Part shown: piece by piece, positions 18,868-27,600 of the stretch
Layout of the letters: each line of letters begins with the position of its first letter
How positions within the stretch are numbered: the first letter of the stretch is position 1
Position numbers and translations under genes: made by a program
DNA from: Acidobacteriota bacterium
GTDB taxonomy: Bacteria; Acidobacteriota; UBA6911
Assembly (NCBI GenBank): GCA_963664705.1
Contig: OY761556.1
Location: forward strand, 2,944,001-3,008,000
Reading direction: 5' to 3'
DNA: 64,000 nt
Notes under the pieces: model-generated
What the model was told of the DNA's origin: nothing
Seen by the model: the letters and a program-made list of their open reading frames with translations, nothing else
The model's database searches: none

Positions 18868-20088
18868 TTATGCTGCGGCAGCCATCGTCACAACTTTCTT
18901 GCGTGGACGGGTTTCCTTAAGGGTAAGGGTCAGGAAAGCCGTAACCATCAGAAGTAATGCAGCCGCCAGCATCATCGAAGGCAATCCCTGGGAATCCGCA
19001 ATTTTACCGGCAACAACCGGCCAAACAGCCGCGCCCAGCAAATCTCCCATTCCCTGCACCAGGGCTCCCACCGTCGCCACCAGACCGACCGGCACCGACT
19101 CCATCGGAACCATCGTCATATAGATAGGGATGACCGCGGCGGTAAAGCCAAAAAAGAAGATGTATGCATAAACCGAAATCATCGCGCCGGGGAACAGATA
19201 CATGAACAGCGGCGGGATAATGCTGAACAGCAAGCCGACAAACATCACCGGCTTCCGGCCGAAATTGTCCGCCAGCTTCGGGACAAAAATACAATAGATA
19301 ATATAGAGAATGCCCATGGCCGCCGTCACCCAGCCCATCGACTGCAGATTGAAATGCGAAATGTTGACAAGGTAAACCGAGGCAAACAGCATCATGGTCC
19401 AATACCCGGACAAACCGAGTACACACATGATCAGGCAGATAACGACATTCCGATACTTAAACAAATCGGCAAAGCCGGTGCTCTTTTCTCCATCCGCAAC
19501 CACTTCCTTCTCCACATGAATCTCTCTGACAAAGAAGAGCACGACAAAAAACATGACGAATGTCGGCAGACTGGAAAGGAGGAAAGTCATCTGCCAGGAA
19601 TACCCTACCGCCAATTGCGTGATGAAAACCGGACCGATCGTGGTCCCAAGAGTCCCGATGGACGAGTTGAGGATTCCGCAGTTGCGGCCAAAGCTCTCCT
19701 TATTAACGCTAAAAAGCATGGAGTAAATCAAAGGAGAAACCGGCCCTTCACAGAAACCCACCAATCCGCGGATCATCAGCAATTGAGGGAATGTGTGAAC
19801 AAACACGCCCGCAGCGGAGAAGATGGCCGTTCCAAGAAGAAAGGGAAGCAGAATTTTTTTTCTATAGCCCAGCCGATCGGAGATAAATCCAAATACGATG
19901 GAAGAAACCGCAAAACAGGCGGCAGTCGCAAACCCGACCCACCCGATGTCGGCATTATTCATGTTCAGTTTGGGCGACACGATCGGGGCTAAAAAGGAAA
20001 TCGCCAACCGGTCCATGAAAACGATGCCCCAGGTAATGAAGAATATTGCCAGAAGCTTGTATTCATATCCGCGACTTGTACTTGTCAT
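18868..20088 (-). CDS. MFS transporter
   Basis: About 12 TM helices; motif A GFISDRLGYRK and LADNFGRK. Confidence 0.92.
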   Translation of the reverse strand: MTSTSRGYEYKLLAIFFITWGIVFMDRLAISFLAPIVSPKLNMNNADIGWVGFATAACFAVSSIVFGFISDRLGYRKKILLPFLLGTAIFSAAGVFVHTFPQLLMIRGLVGFCEGPVSPLIYSMLFSVNKESFGRNCGILNSSIGTLGTTIGPVFITQLAVGYSWQMTFLLSSLPTFVMFFVVLFFVREIHVEKEVVADGEKSTGFADLFKYRNVVICLIMCVLGLSGYWTMMLFASVYLVNISHFNLQSMGWVTAAMGILYIIYCIFVPKLADNFGRKPVMFVGLLFSIIPPLFMYLFPGAMISVYAYIFFFGFTAAVIPIYMTMVPMESVPVGLVATVGALVQGMGDLLGAAVWPVVAGKIADSQGLPSMMLAAALLLMVTAFLTLTLKETRPRKKVVTMAAAA

Positions 20089-20470
20089 GGAAGTACCGTC
20101 TCCTAGTGAATGACAGCATCTTTAAGATGCTCTGGATTTTGGCCAAAGAGAAAACTCATCTTTCGTTTTTTTGCGGCAAAAATCAAGGATATCCGACTGC
20201 GGTTCCCATTTTGGGAAATCGGTAACGCCATCTTTGGAAATAACAAGGGCCACCCCCGTGGGTGGCCCGCTATAGGAGAGGAGTAAGTTCGCAAATACAA
20301 TACTGCGTTTAGCGAGCGGACACATCGACTGCCGTGACCTTTTTCAATGGTCGTCCACTGCCGGTTCCGATGGCCCCCGATGGCAGAAATTGGCCATGGG
20401 GCGTAATCATGACACTGCGCACCGCTTTTGGGCATTCCGGTTTAAACCAATACATATCAATAATTTATCG

Positions 20471-20519
20471 TGTGGATAATTTAACTTTCCACAGGTTTTT
20501 CCACAGCTTCTGTGGATTC
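20471..20519. promoter_or_regulatory. Cluster of four DnaA-box-like 9-mers
   Basis: TGTGGATAA (perfect TTATCCACA on the minus strand, 20471), CTTTCCACA (20485), TTTTCCACA (20497), TGTGGATTC (20511). Confidence 0.65.
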
Positions 20520-20695
20520 TGGCAGCTCGATGAAATCGGAAATTCTGTGTAATGTGTGAAATATATGTCCCTCCCCAAGAGGAGATGCCCGCCCAACACC
20601 GGTTCTCCCCATCGGCTCATTTCGGGGTCGGAACCCCCTTGACGCCGGTGGGTGTTGTCGTTAGGCTCTTGAATATTGCCCGGAGGCCCGGTCCG

Positions 20696-22006
20696 ATGGA
20701 AAGAATTCAAATGCCAGACTGGATTACAAGAAAAAGAAACGGTGAAAGCCTTGCGGAGGAGGAAATTTCCGCTTTGATCCGAGCCTACACCCTGGGAGAA
20801 ATACCCGACTCTCAAATGGCGGCCTGGCTGATGGCAGTGTTTTTCCAGGGCATGAATGCCCAGGAAACCCTGGCTCTGACCCGCTGCATGGTAGATTCCG
20901 GGCTCCGGCTGGATCTGTCCGGGCTGGGTTGTCCGCGCGCCGACAAGCACAGCACGGGCGGGGTCGGCGACAAAACATCCCTGGTGTTGGCTCCGCTCGT
21001 GGCGGCGGCCGGAGTTGCCGTGCCGATGATTTCAGGCCGCACGCTGGGATTCACGGGAGGAACACTCAATAAACTGGAGTCCATTCCGGGGTTCCGCGTA
21101 GATCTTACAGTCCCGGAGTTCCAGAGAGTTCTGGAAAAGGTCGGATGCGCGATGATCGGTCAGACAGCCGAACTCGCGCCTGCGGACCGGAAGATCTATG
21201 CGCTTCGCGATGCGACCTCCACCGTTGAATGCATCCCCCTGATCGTGGCCAGCATTCTCAGCAAAAAACTGGTTGAAGATCTGGATGCCTTGGTGCTGGA
21301 TGTCAAGTTTGGCAGTGGCGCATTTATGCCCAGCGCGGAGAAAGCCGCGGAGCTTGCCGGAAAGCTCGTGGAAGTAGCCAACAGTTTCGGCACCAGAACT
21401 TGTGCGCTTCTGACCGACATGAATCAGCCCCTGGGGGCCGCGATTGGAAACGCACTGGAGGTATCGGAAGCCATTGAGGCGCTGCAGGGAGGCGGACCGG
21501 CCGATTTTGTCGGATTATGTGAAGACCTGGCGACTTACATGGTGGTTCTAGCCCTTCCACAGGAGGATCCAGAGAAGGTCCGCCAAAGGATATCCAAACT
21601 TATGAGCTCCGGAAAGGCACTGGAGTACTTCGGACGGATGGTGGAGGCTCAGGGGGGAGATCCACGCATTGTGGATCACGCCGATTTGCTGCCCCGGTCG
21701 CGCCATCAGCACGTGGTTCGGGCGGCAAGCCCCGGATACCTCGCCGAAGCCGGGGCGCGCGGGCTGGCAATTGCATCCATGAATATCGGGGCCGCACTTA
21801 ATGATCCGGCTGTCGGGCTGGTCGTTCATAAGAAGGTAGCCGATCTCGTGGAAAAGGGAGAACCCCTCTGCACCATTCACTATAATAAGGAGGCCTTGCT
21901 TTCGCAGGTTCTGCCCTCCGTGGAGATGTCGTTCCGGATCCGGCAAGAGAAGGTGCAACCGCCGGCCCTTGTAGCCGGAATCATTGGAGCCAAACCGGGA
22001 AAATGA
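20696..22006 (+). CDS. pdp: Pyrimidine-nucleoside/thymidine phosphorylase
   Basis: DKHSTGGVGDK, SGRTLGFTGGT, LAPADRKIYALRD, SILSKK and LDVKFGSGAF; GGAGG RBS before 20696. Confidence 0.95.
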   Translation: MERIQMPDWITRKRNGESLAEEEISALIRAYTLGEIPDSQMAAWLMAVFFQGMNAQETLALTRCMVDSGLRLDLSGLGCPRADKHSTGGVGDKTSLVLAPLVAAAGVAVPMISGRTLGFTGGTLNKLESIPGFRVDLTVPEFQRVLEKVGCAMIGQTAELAPADRKIYALRDATSTVECIPLIVASILSKKLVEDLDALVLDVKFGSGAFMPSAEKAAELAGKLVEVANSFGTRTCALLTDMNQPLGAAIGNALEVSEAIEALQGGGPADFVGLCEDLATYMVVLALPQEDPEKVRQRISKLMSSGKALEYFGRMVEAQGGDPRIVDHADLLPRSRHQHVVRAASPGYLAEAGARGLAIASMNIGAALNDPAVGLVVHKKVADLVEKGEPLCTIHYNKEALLSQVLPSVEMSFRIRQEKVQPPALVAGIIGAKPGK

Positions 22007-22009
22007 AAG

Positions 22010-22426
22010 GTGCGCGAAATGGAAAATGTCGATAGTGCTCTATATCAAGCCGCGGTTGCCTCCCGTGAAAAAGCGCTGGCACTGTATTCTCAGTTTCGCG
22101 TTGGCGCAGCGCTTCAGTGCACAGACGGAACCATTTTCACCGGATGCAATATAGAAAGCGCCAGCTACGGATTGACTATTTGCGCAGAAAGAACCGCCCT
22201 GTTCAAAGCTCTTAGCGACGGTCAGCACAAGTTCAGCCGTATCCTGGTCGTTGCCGATACCCAAGAACTGACTCCCCCCTGCGGTGCTTGCCGGCAGGTT
22301 TTGTGGGATTTCGCACCCCAAATTGAGGTCGTCATTGCCAACCTGAGTGGCGACGCCAAGATCTTTCGGATGACGGATCTGTTCCCTAACCCTTTTGGCA
22401 GCCACCTGTTAGGACCCACCCAATGA
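22010..22426 (+). CDS. cdd: Cytidine deaminase (homotetrameric type)
   Basis: YSQFRVGAAL, GCNIE, CAERTA and PCGACRQ; 3 nt after pdp. Confidence 0.95.
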   Translation: MREMENVDSALYQAAVASREKALALYSQFRVGAALQCTDGTIFTGCNIESASYGLTICAERTALFKALSDGQHKFSRILVVADTQELTPPCGACRQVLWDFAPQIEVVIANLSGDAKIFRMTDLFPNPFGSHLLGPTQ

Positions 22427-22435
22427 TTTCTGCGT

Positions 22436-22590
22436 AAGAACCGGAAGAACCGGGCGAAGAACCGGGACGGAAGAACCGGGACACCCATTATCTGCCGTCT
22501 ATAAGGCAACTGAAACAACCGAAATTGATGGGTGTCCCGGTTCTTCCGGTTCTTTTTCCCGGTTCTTCCGGCTTCCGGTTCTTTCCGGTC
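22436..22590. repeat. REPIN/MITE-like element with 21-bp inverted repeat and stuttered partial copies
   Basis: CGGAAGAACCGGGACACCCAT (22468-22488) and its exact reverse complement (22528-22548), flanked by partial AAGAACCGG / CCGGTTCTT copies. Confidence 0.8.
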
Positions 22591-22771
22591 TTAGGGGATC
22601 GAGAAATAACTTTGTGGCATTTTTTGCACTTTTTTTATTTTTCCGGTAGGCGATTACCGAGGAATTACGTTCTTGCTTAATGTACGGATGGACCAGAAAT
22701 CTGGCATTCGGAGCAGAAATGGAATTCTGTGACAAACCGCCTAGTATTATTCGGGAAGGTGCAATAGAACG

Positions 22772-23086
22772 ATGCCACACTTACCTTTTGTAGCAGGAGA
22801 CATTGTTTCGGTCTTATCCCAAGACGGAAAGTACCGCATATTGAAGATTCTTGTAGTGGATGAACTGGGATTGTATACACAACTGTTTGCGCAACAGTTT
22901 ACGGAACGGCCGCGCCTGATCAACATCAGCAAGCTGAGTACGCCGGCTTTTGGTCCTGTAAATTTTCCCGTCACTCATGAGCAGTTCGCACTTTGTAAAC
23001 CGGAAGTAATTGCTTACCAGCGGGTCAGCGACGAGGATTTGAAAGATTATCGGCTGTGGATCAATGACAAGGGGACATATTGTTAA
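22772..23086 (+). CDS. Hypothetical protein
   Basis: 104-aa ORF with protein-like composition and GGAAGG upstream; no family recognised with confidence. Confidence 0.6.
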   Translation: MPHLPFVAGDIVSVLSQDGKYRILKILVVDELGLYTQLFAQQFTERPRLINISKLSTPAFGPVNFPVTHEQFALCKPEVIAYQRVSDEDLKDYRLWINDKGTYC

Positions 23087-23107
23087 AGAGGGCAGTCCCC
23101 GGGGTTC

Positions 23108-23728
23108 CTAGAACCTGGAGAAACGACCGCGCGGACCCACAAAACGCTTTTCGATCTGGGATAAAATGATTTCGGCTTCCGGTGGATTGCAGCCCTTCTT
23201 CTGCAGAAATGGCTGGAAGCCGACTCCGATTCGATACCGGTATCCGATGCTTTGAACCGGCAAGGCATAGATCACCCTCGCCTCCAGCATCAAATCCTCT
23301 TCACCCAGCGGGAAACAAAGGCCGAGCGATATCTTCTGCCCGGGCTTTTCGGCCTCATCTGCCAAAAAAGCCATCCCGCCCCTGTTAATGTCCAGGATTG
23401 GATACCTCTTCTGGCATTTTGAGAGCCGGCGGCGCCCCCCGGTGCTATAGCGTACCAGCGCACCGGGGATCGTCAACCGCGGATTCGTCCTTTGCTTTTG
23501 ATGTCCTTTGTGATGCGTGGAACCACGAGTCTCCCTGATGGAGTCGAAGGCACGCACCAGCCGGCGACTTTCAGAGTACTCGCGAAAGGTTGCCCCCTCT
23601 GCTTTTTGAACGGCTTTTTCGATATCTGCTACCTTCACATTCAGCGTGGATGCCAGACTTGCGGACGTGATCTCGGGGTAGATGATCAGGTGCGTTTCGA
23701 TATCTTTCAAGAGCTCGCCATAATTCAT
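23108..23728 (-). CDS. AraC-like HTH fragment fused to PilZ domain
   Basis: N-terminal SLASTLNV...KAEGATFREYSESRRL; C-terminal QRTNPR (RxxxR), LDINRGGMAF, LEARVIY and YRIGVGF. Confidence 0.72.
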   Translation of the reverse strand: MNYGELLKDIETHLIIYPEITSASLASTLNVKVADIEKAVQKAEGATFREYSESRRLVRAFDSIRETRGSTHHKGHQKQRTNPRLTIPGALVRYSTGGRRRLSKCQKRYPILDINRGGMAFLADEAEKPGQKISLGLCFPLGEEDLMLEARVIYALPVQSIGYRYRIGVGFQPFLQKKGCNPPEAEIILSQIEKRFVGPRGRFSRF

Positions 23729-23816
23729 ATCGATCTTCTCCCATTAAGCCTGGCTGCAAGCAGCCAGGCTTGCCTCCCGGTAGCCTCAGCGGCTGCCGGA
23801 AAATGAGAAGACCCAG

Positions 23817-24014
23817 CTACCCAAAATTTCGAACCACGGTGGAATGATCCACCATTTGGAAAAACGCCGTCATTCTCTTTCGGCAATTTGGGCACTGTTC
23901 TACATGCATTTCGAGCAGATACTTCATCTCGGGACTCAAACGGCCACATCTCATCTCATAGCATATGAGATCACACAGCAGTTCCTCACAGACCTGTTTT
24001 TCAGAGATTCGCAT
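23817..24014 (-). CDS. Small zf-HC2-like zinc-finger protein
   Basis: 65 aa with C...LEMHVEQCPNC (Hx3Cx2C); GAGG RBS upstream. Confidence 0.65.
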   Translation of the reverse strand: MRISEKQVCEELLCDLICYEMRCGRLSPEMKYLLEMHVEQCPNCRKRMTAFFQMVDHSTVVRNFG

Positions 24015-24056
24015 AAGGTCCCCTCATTTCCTGGAAACTGGACACGCTGTTGGGAA

Positions 24057-24395
24057 TCAAGCTTTTTGCGTCAAACTCTCAGGCAGTGCCCAATAAAGCT
24101 CCCTGGGAGCTAAAGCCAGATCAGCCTGATCAACCGCCCTCTCTGGAAGCAACGCCGGGGTTTCGAATGTCAACAGTTGGGCAATAGGATCGGGGACAGG
24201 CTGTCCCTCCTCAACCGGTGTTATCGCATCGGTATCGACAAGGATGATGAAGGTCCCATCCTCTAACGGCAGCACAATAACCGAGTCGCAGCATGGAGGC
24301 GGTGAATCCTCCTGGGCAAAAGAAGCAACGGGGGCAAGCAGTCCAACCATGAACAACAAACCCAAAAGGACAAGGCTCGATCGCAGAGTTTTCAT
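24057..24395 (-). CDS. Small secreted acidic Pro/Cys-containing protein
   Basis: AGGAG RBS; signal peptide ending ASFA|QEDSPPPCCDS; acidic mature region. Confidence 0.7.
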   Translation of the reverse strand: MKTLRSSLVLLGLLFMVGLLAPVASFAQEDSPPPCCDSVIVLPLEDGTFIILVDTDAITPVEEGQPVPDPIAQLLTFETPALLPERAVDQADLALAPRELYWALPESLTQKA

Positions 24396-24508
24396 TTTTT
24401 CTCCTGGTCTTGAAATCTCGGGTTGCACCTGAAGATAAGGCAAGCTAGAGTAGGCAGTGAAAAGACTACGCCCTCTCGCTCATTCTGTAGCCCGAGGCGG
24501 TTAATGAA

Positions 24509-24637
24509 TGTGAGCGCTCCTGTTGCGGCAACAACGGAGCGCTCTTTTTTTGCTCATTACGAGCTTTCAATAACCAAGAACGCAAAATCTCGAGAATCGC
24601 CTACCGGATTTTAAAAATATTTTTGGGAGCGCTCCCG
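24509..24637. promoter_or_regulatory. Three GAGCGCTC palindromes resembling LacI-family operators
   Basis: TGTGAGCGCTCCTG (24509), ACGGAGCGCTCTTT (24534), TGGGAGCGCTCCCG (24624). Confidence 0.5.
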
Positions 24638-24652
24638 GTTGAATGGAATTAC

Positions 24653-27600
24653 CTACTGAGGATTTCCGACAAGGATGTACGGGACCCAGGATTGGGGGCC
24701 GCCGGCGGAGTGCTTTCGGGCGGCGGCGAGCAGGGTAAGTTGAGCGGTTTGGAGCGCTTTGGCTTTGCCCGCTCCTTGGCGCAGCATTTCATAGAACTGG
24801 CAATCCAGTTTCCTGGTGGCTTCGTCATCCACGGGCAGGAGGCTGGCGATAACCGAAGGCGCTCCGGCATTCAGAAATGCCGGGATCAGCCCCCAGGGCC
24901 CTTCTCCTTCAGCGACCGGACCCGTCGCAGTCTCGCACCCGGCCAGATTCACCAGGCGGTTTGCCGCACATTTCCAGCCGCTGATCGTCTGGCTGTCGAG
25001 ATAAATCTTCTGCGGTATTGTTTGAAGCACCAGCACAGGTTTCCCCTCCGGCTTCAATGAATGGCCGGAAAAATGCACGATGGCAGAATTCTCCGTTTCG
25101 CGGACCAGGGCCGGCCAATCATTGGCGCTGACACTGCGGGCATTCTTTCCAAACAGCTTTGATAGATACGCCAGTTCTTCGCGGGCAAATGGCAATCCTT
25201 GTGTCCCGTCAATCATGACAACACTATTGGACGAGGCCATCCTGTGATTCAGGCAGTAACTGTACACCGTCTGTGAAGGTGCGTAAGCAATGGGCATTCT
25301 CTCGATCAGGTGCCGCCTGTTTGCATCCATCAGCCCGGCAAATGGAAGCGTGTGAAGCGGACCGTCCGGCAAAATGGCCAGCGTCTCGGTTCCCTGTCCG
25401 TCGAGATGTTTTTCTATGGGTAGTATCAGCTCCTGGTAGAGTTTTCCCGCCAATTCTGCAAACCGCCCCAAATTGTTGTGTTGAATGGAGAGGACGAATG
25501 AACGGACCTGCTGGGAAATCTCATCGCGGGTCAGCTTTTGAAGAGAGGCTTCGAGCCGCCCTTGCCCGATGTAAAAGACCAGCAACCCTTCATCGACGAA
25601 AAAATATTCGATCATTGGCGAAGGCCCGGCAACCAGTTTCCTGCGGCTCTTTGCGGAAAGGGTTGCCACCGTAAGATCGTCTCTCAGGGTAGCAGCCTTT
25701 GCCCGGTCAACGAACTCCAGAGCTTTCTCCTTGTCTCCACGGCGAAAGAGCAAAGAAACCACTGCTTTGAATGGATCGTAACGATTATTGTAAAATGAGT
25801 GCTTTAAATCTCCGCGGGGGACCTTCTGACGCATTCGTTCAAGAATCGAAATGGACTGAACGTAAAGCGAGTGCGCCGCTTTCGGCTGATTCGTATATTC
25901 TAAAACTCTCCCTTTCAGAAATTTCGCTTCCCACTCCGTATCCAAATAGCGCCCGGATTGGCTGATCCTGATCGCTCTGTTCAAGAGATCCTTCGCTTCG
26001 GGAAAGCGCTTTTTGCTTAGATATATTTCAGCCACTGCGACGAGAGCGCGAGATTCTGCCTCTTTCATTCCGGCCTGGGCTGTGGCAAGGCTTTCGGAAA
26101 AGGCATTTTCCGCTTTGTCCAGATCGCCAAGGCGCATGGCCAGATTACCCTGGCGCAGCAACAGGTTGACGTGGCGAACGCTCATTTCCTGGACCCGGGC
26201 AGGATCATCGGCAATCCATTCGTCCTGAAGCCGCACGGCTTGAGCATAAAAAGCACCTGCATCCAGGAACCGCTCCTGCTGCTCCATCACTAGCCCTGCA
26301 TTCTCCAACGCCTCCGCCAGCTTAATTGTCTCCCCAATGTGGGCAGCCGCCCCCATGGCAAAAGAATATTCCTTCAGAGCCAAGTCCAACCGGCCCATCC
26401 TGCGATATTGATTCCCCCGGGTCATCGCAACGTAGAGAGGCCATTCATTCAAATGATATTGATCGGCGATGTTTTTAAGTTTCCGGGCGTATGTCAGGCT
26501 CTCGCCGAATTTCCGCTCCTGACCCATTATTATGGCCAGGCCCGCGAGTGCCCTTGCCGTCGGCTCCGGGGCATCCAGATTCTTCGCAACAGTCAGCATT
26601 TCGAAAAATTCACGTTCAGACGCCTGAAATTCCGCCTTGCATGTATACAGGATATTGGCGCGCAGGTGATGCAAATCCGCCAACTTCCAGTAGTCTTTTA
26701 GCTGGGTATACTGCGCTTCCAGATATTTGCTTCGGGTCAATATGCGGTCACAAAGGCGGTGGTTTTGCTGCAGTTTATTGAGTTTCTGGAATTCGTCGTC
26801 CAGTTCTCTCTTGAATCGGCGTTCCGGTGGAGAGAGCCCCACATAAAACTGTATCAGGTTTTTAAGACTATGATCGCCCGTGGCTTCACTATAGGAAGCT
26901 TCCATAGCCTTGGCTGCCCAGACCAGATCATCCGCACTGGGAGGCTCGCTCAAGTCAGAATCTTTCTCCGATTCCCTTCCCAGGCTCCGCCTCATTGAAG
27001 TAATAATGGCTCCTACGGTTTTGTCCGGGAGGAGCCTGGCAAGATCCGATATCGCAGCTGCTTCCCTCAGCCTGGCAGCGTGATCCATCTCCTCTCTGAA
27101 AACGGAGGAACGGCTCATCTGCATTCTCGTTTTGAGCGTCTTCAGTTCTTCCGCCCAGGCGGAATTGGGATCCTGTTTCAGGTACAACTCAATCTCTTTA
27201 AGTGCTTCCTGGTGCAATCCGGATCCGAAAAGCACCATGATTTTGTCATAGCGGGCTTCTACGGAATTGGGATCGAATGCCAGCACTCTCTCAAAATCAG
27301 CTTGCGCAGCCTTCAATTGGTTGATCCGATCGAGAGGATCATTACTCTGCTGCGCCTCCTCATACCAGGCCACTCCGCGCCCGATCAACGCCTGTTTGTC
27401 ATCTTTTTGAATTTTGAGGATTGACTCGAATTCACCACGGGCTTTTCCATACTCCGTCCCGCTCAAATAGATGTATCCCAAGCCTAGTCGCGCTTCGACC
27501 ATGTTTTCCTGGATAGCCAAAGCCTGGTACAGGCGATTTTCTGCGGAACGCAGAGAGCCTTGCTGGTCAGCAGCGCGCATGCCGGACTCTGCACTGAAGG

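Noticed and set aside
20100-20690. Firm oriC call
   Set aside because: Only four boxes, no dnaA/dnaN/gidA nearby, and skew cannot be computed here; kept only as a DnaA-box cluster.
21040-21090. pdp GGTLNKLE instead of the usual GGT.DKLE as a sign of inactivation
   Set aside because: A single conservative change; the other motifs and the cdd linkage are intact.
22436-22590. Possible CRISPR array (also considered at 2530-2950 and 51316-51410)
   Set aside because: Repeats are inverted or of unequal length, without regular unique spacers, and no cas genes are present.
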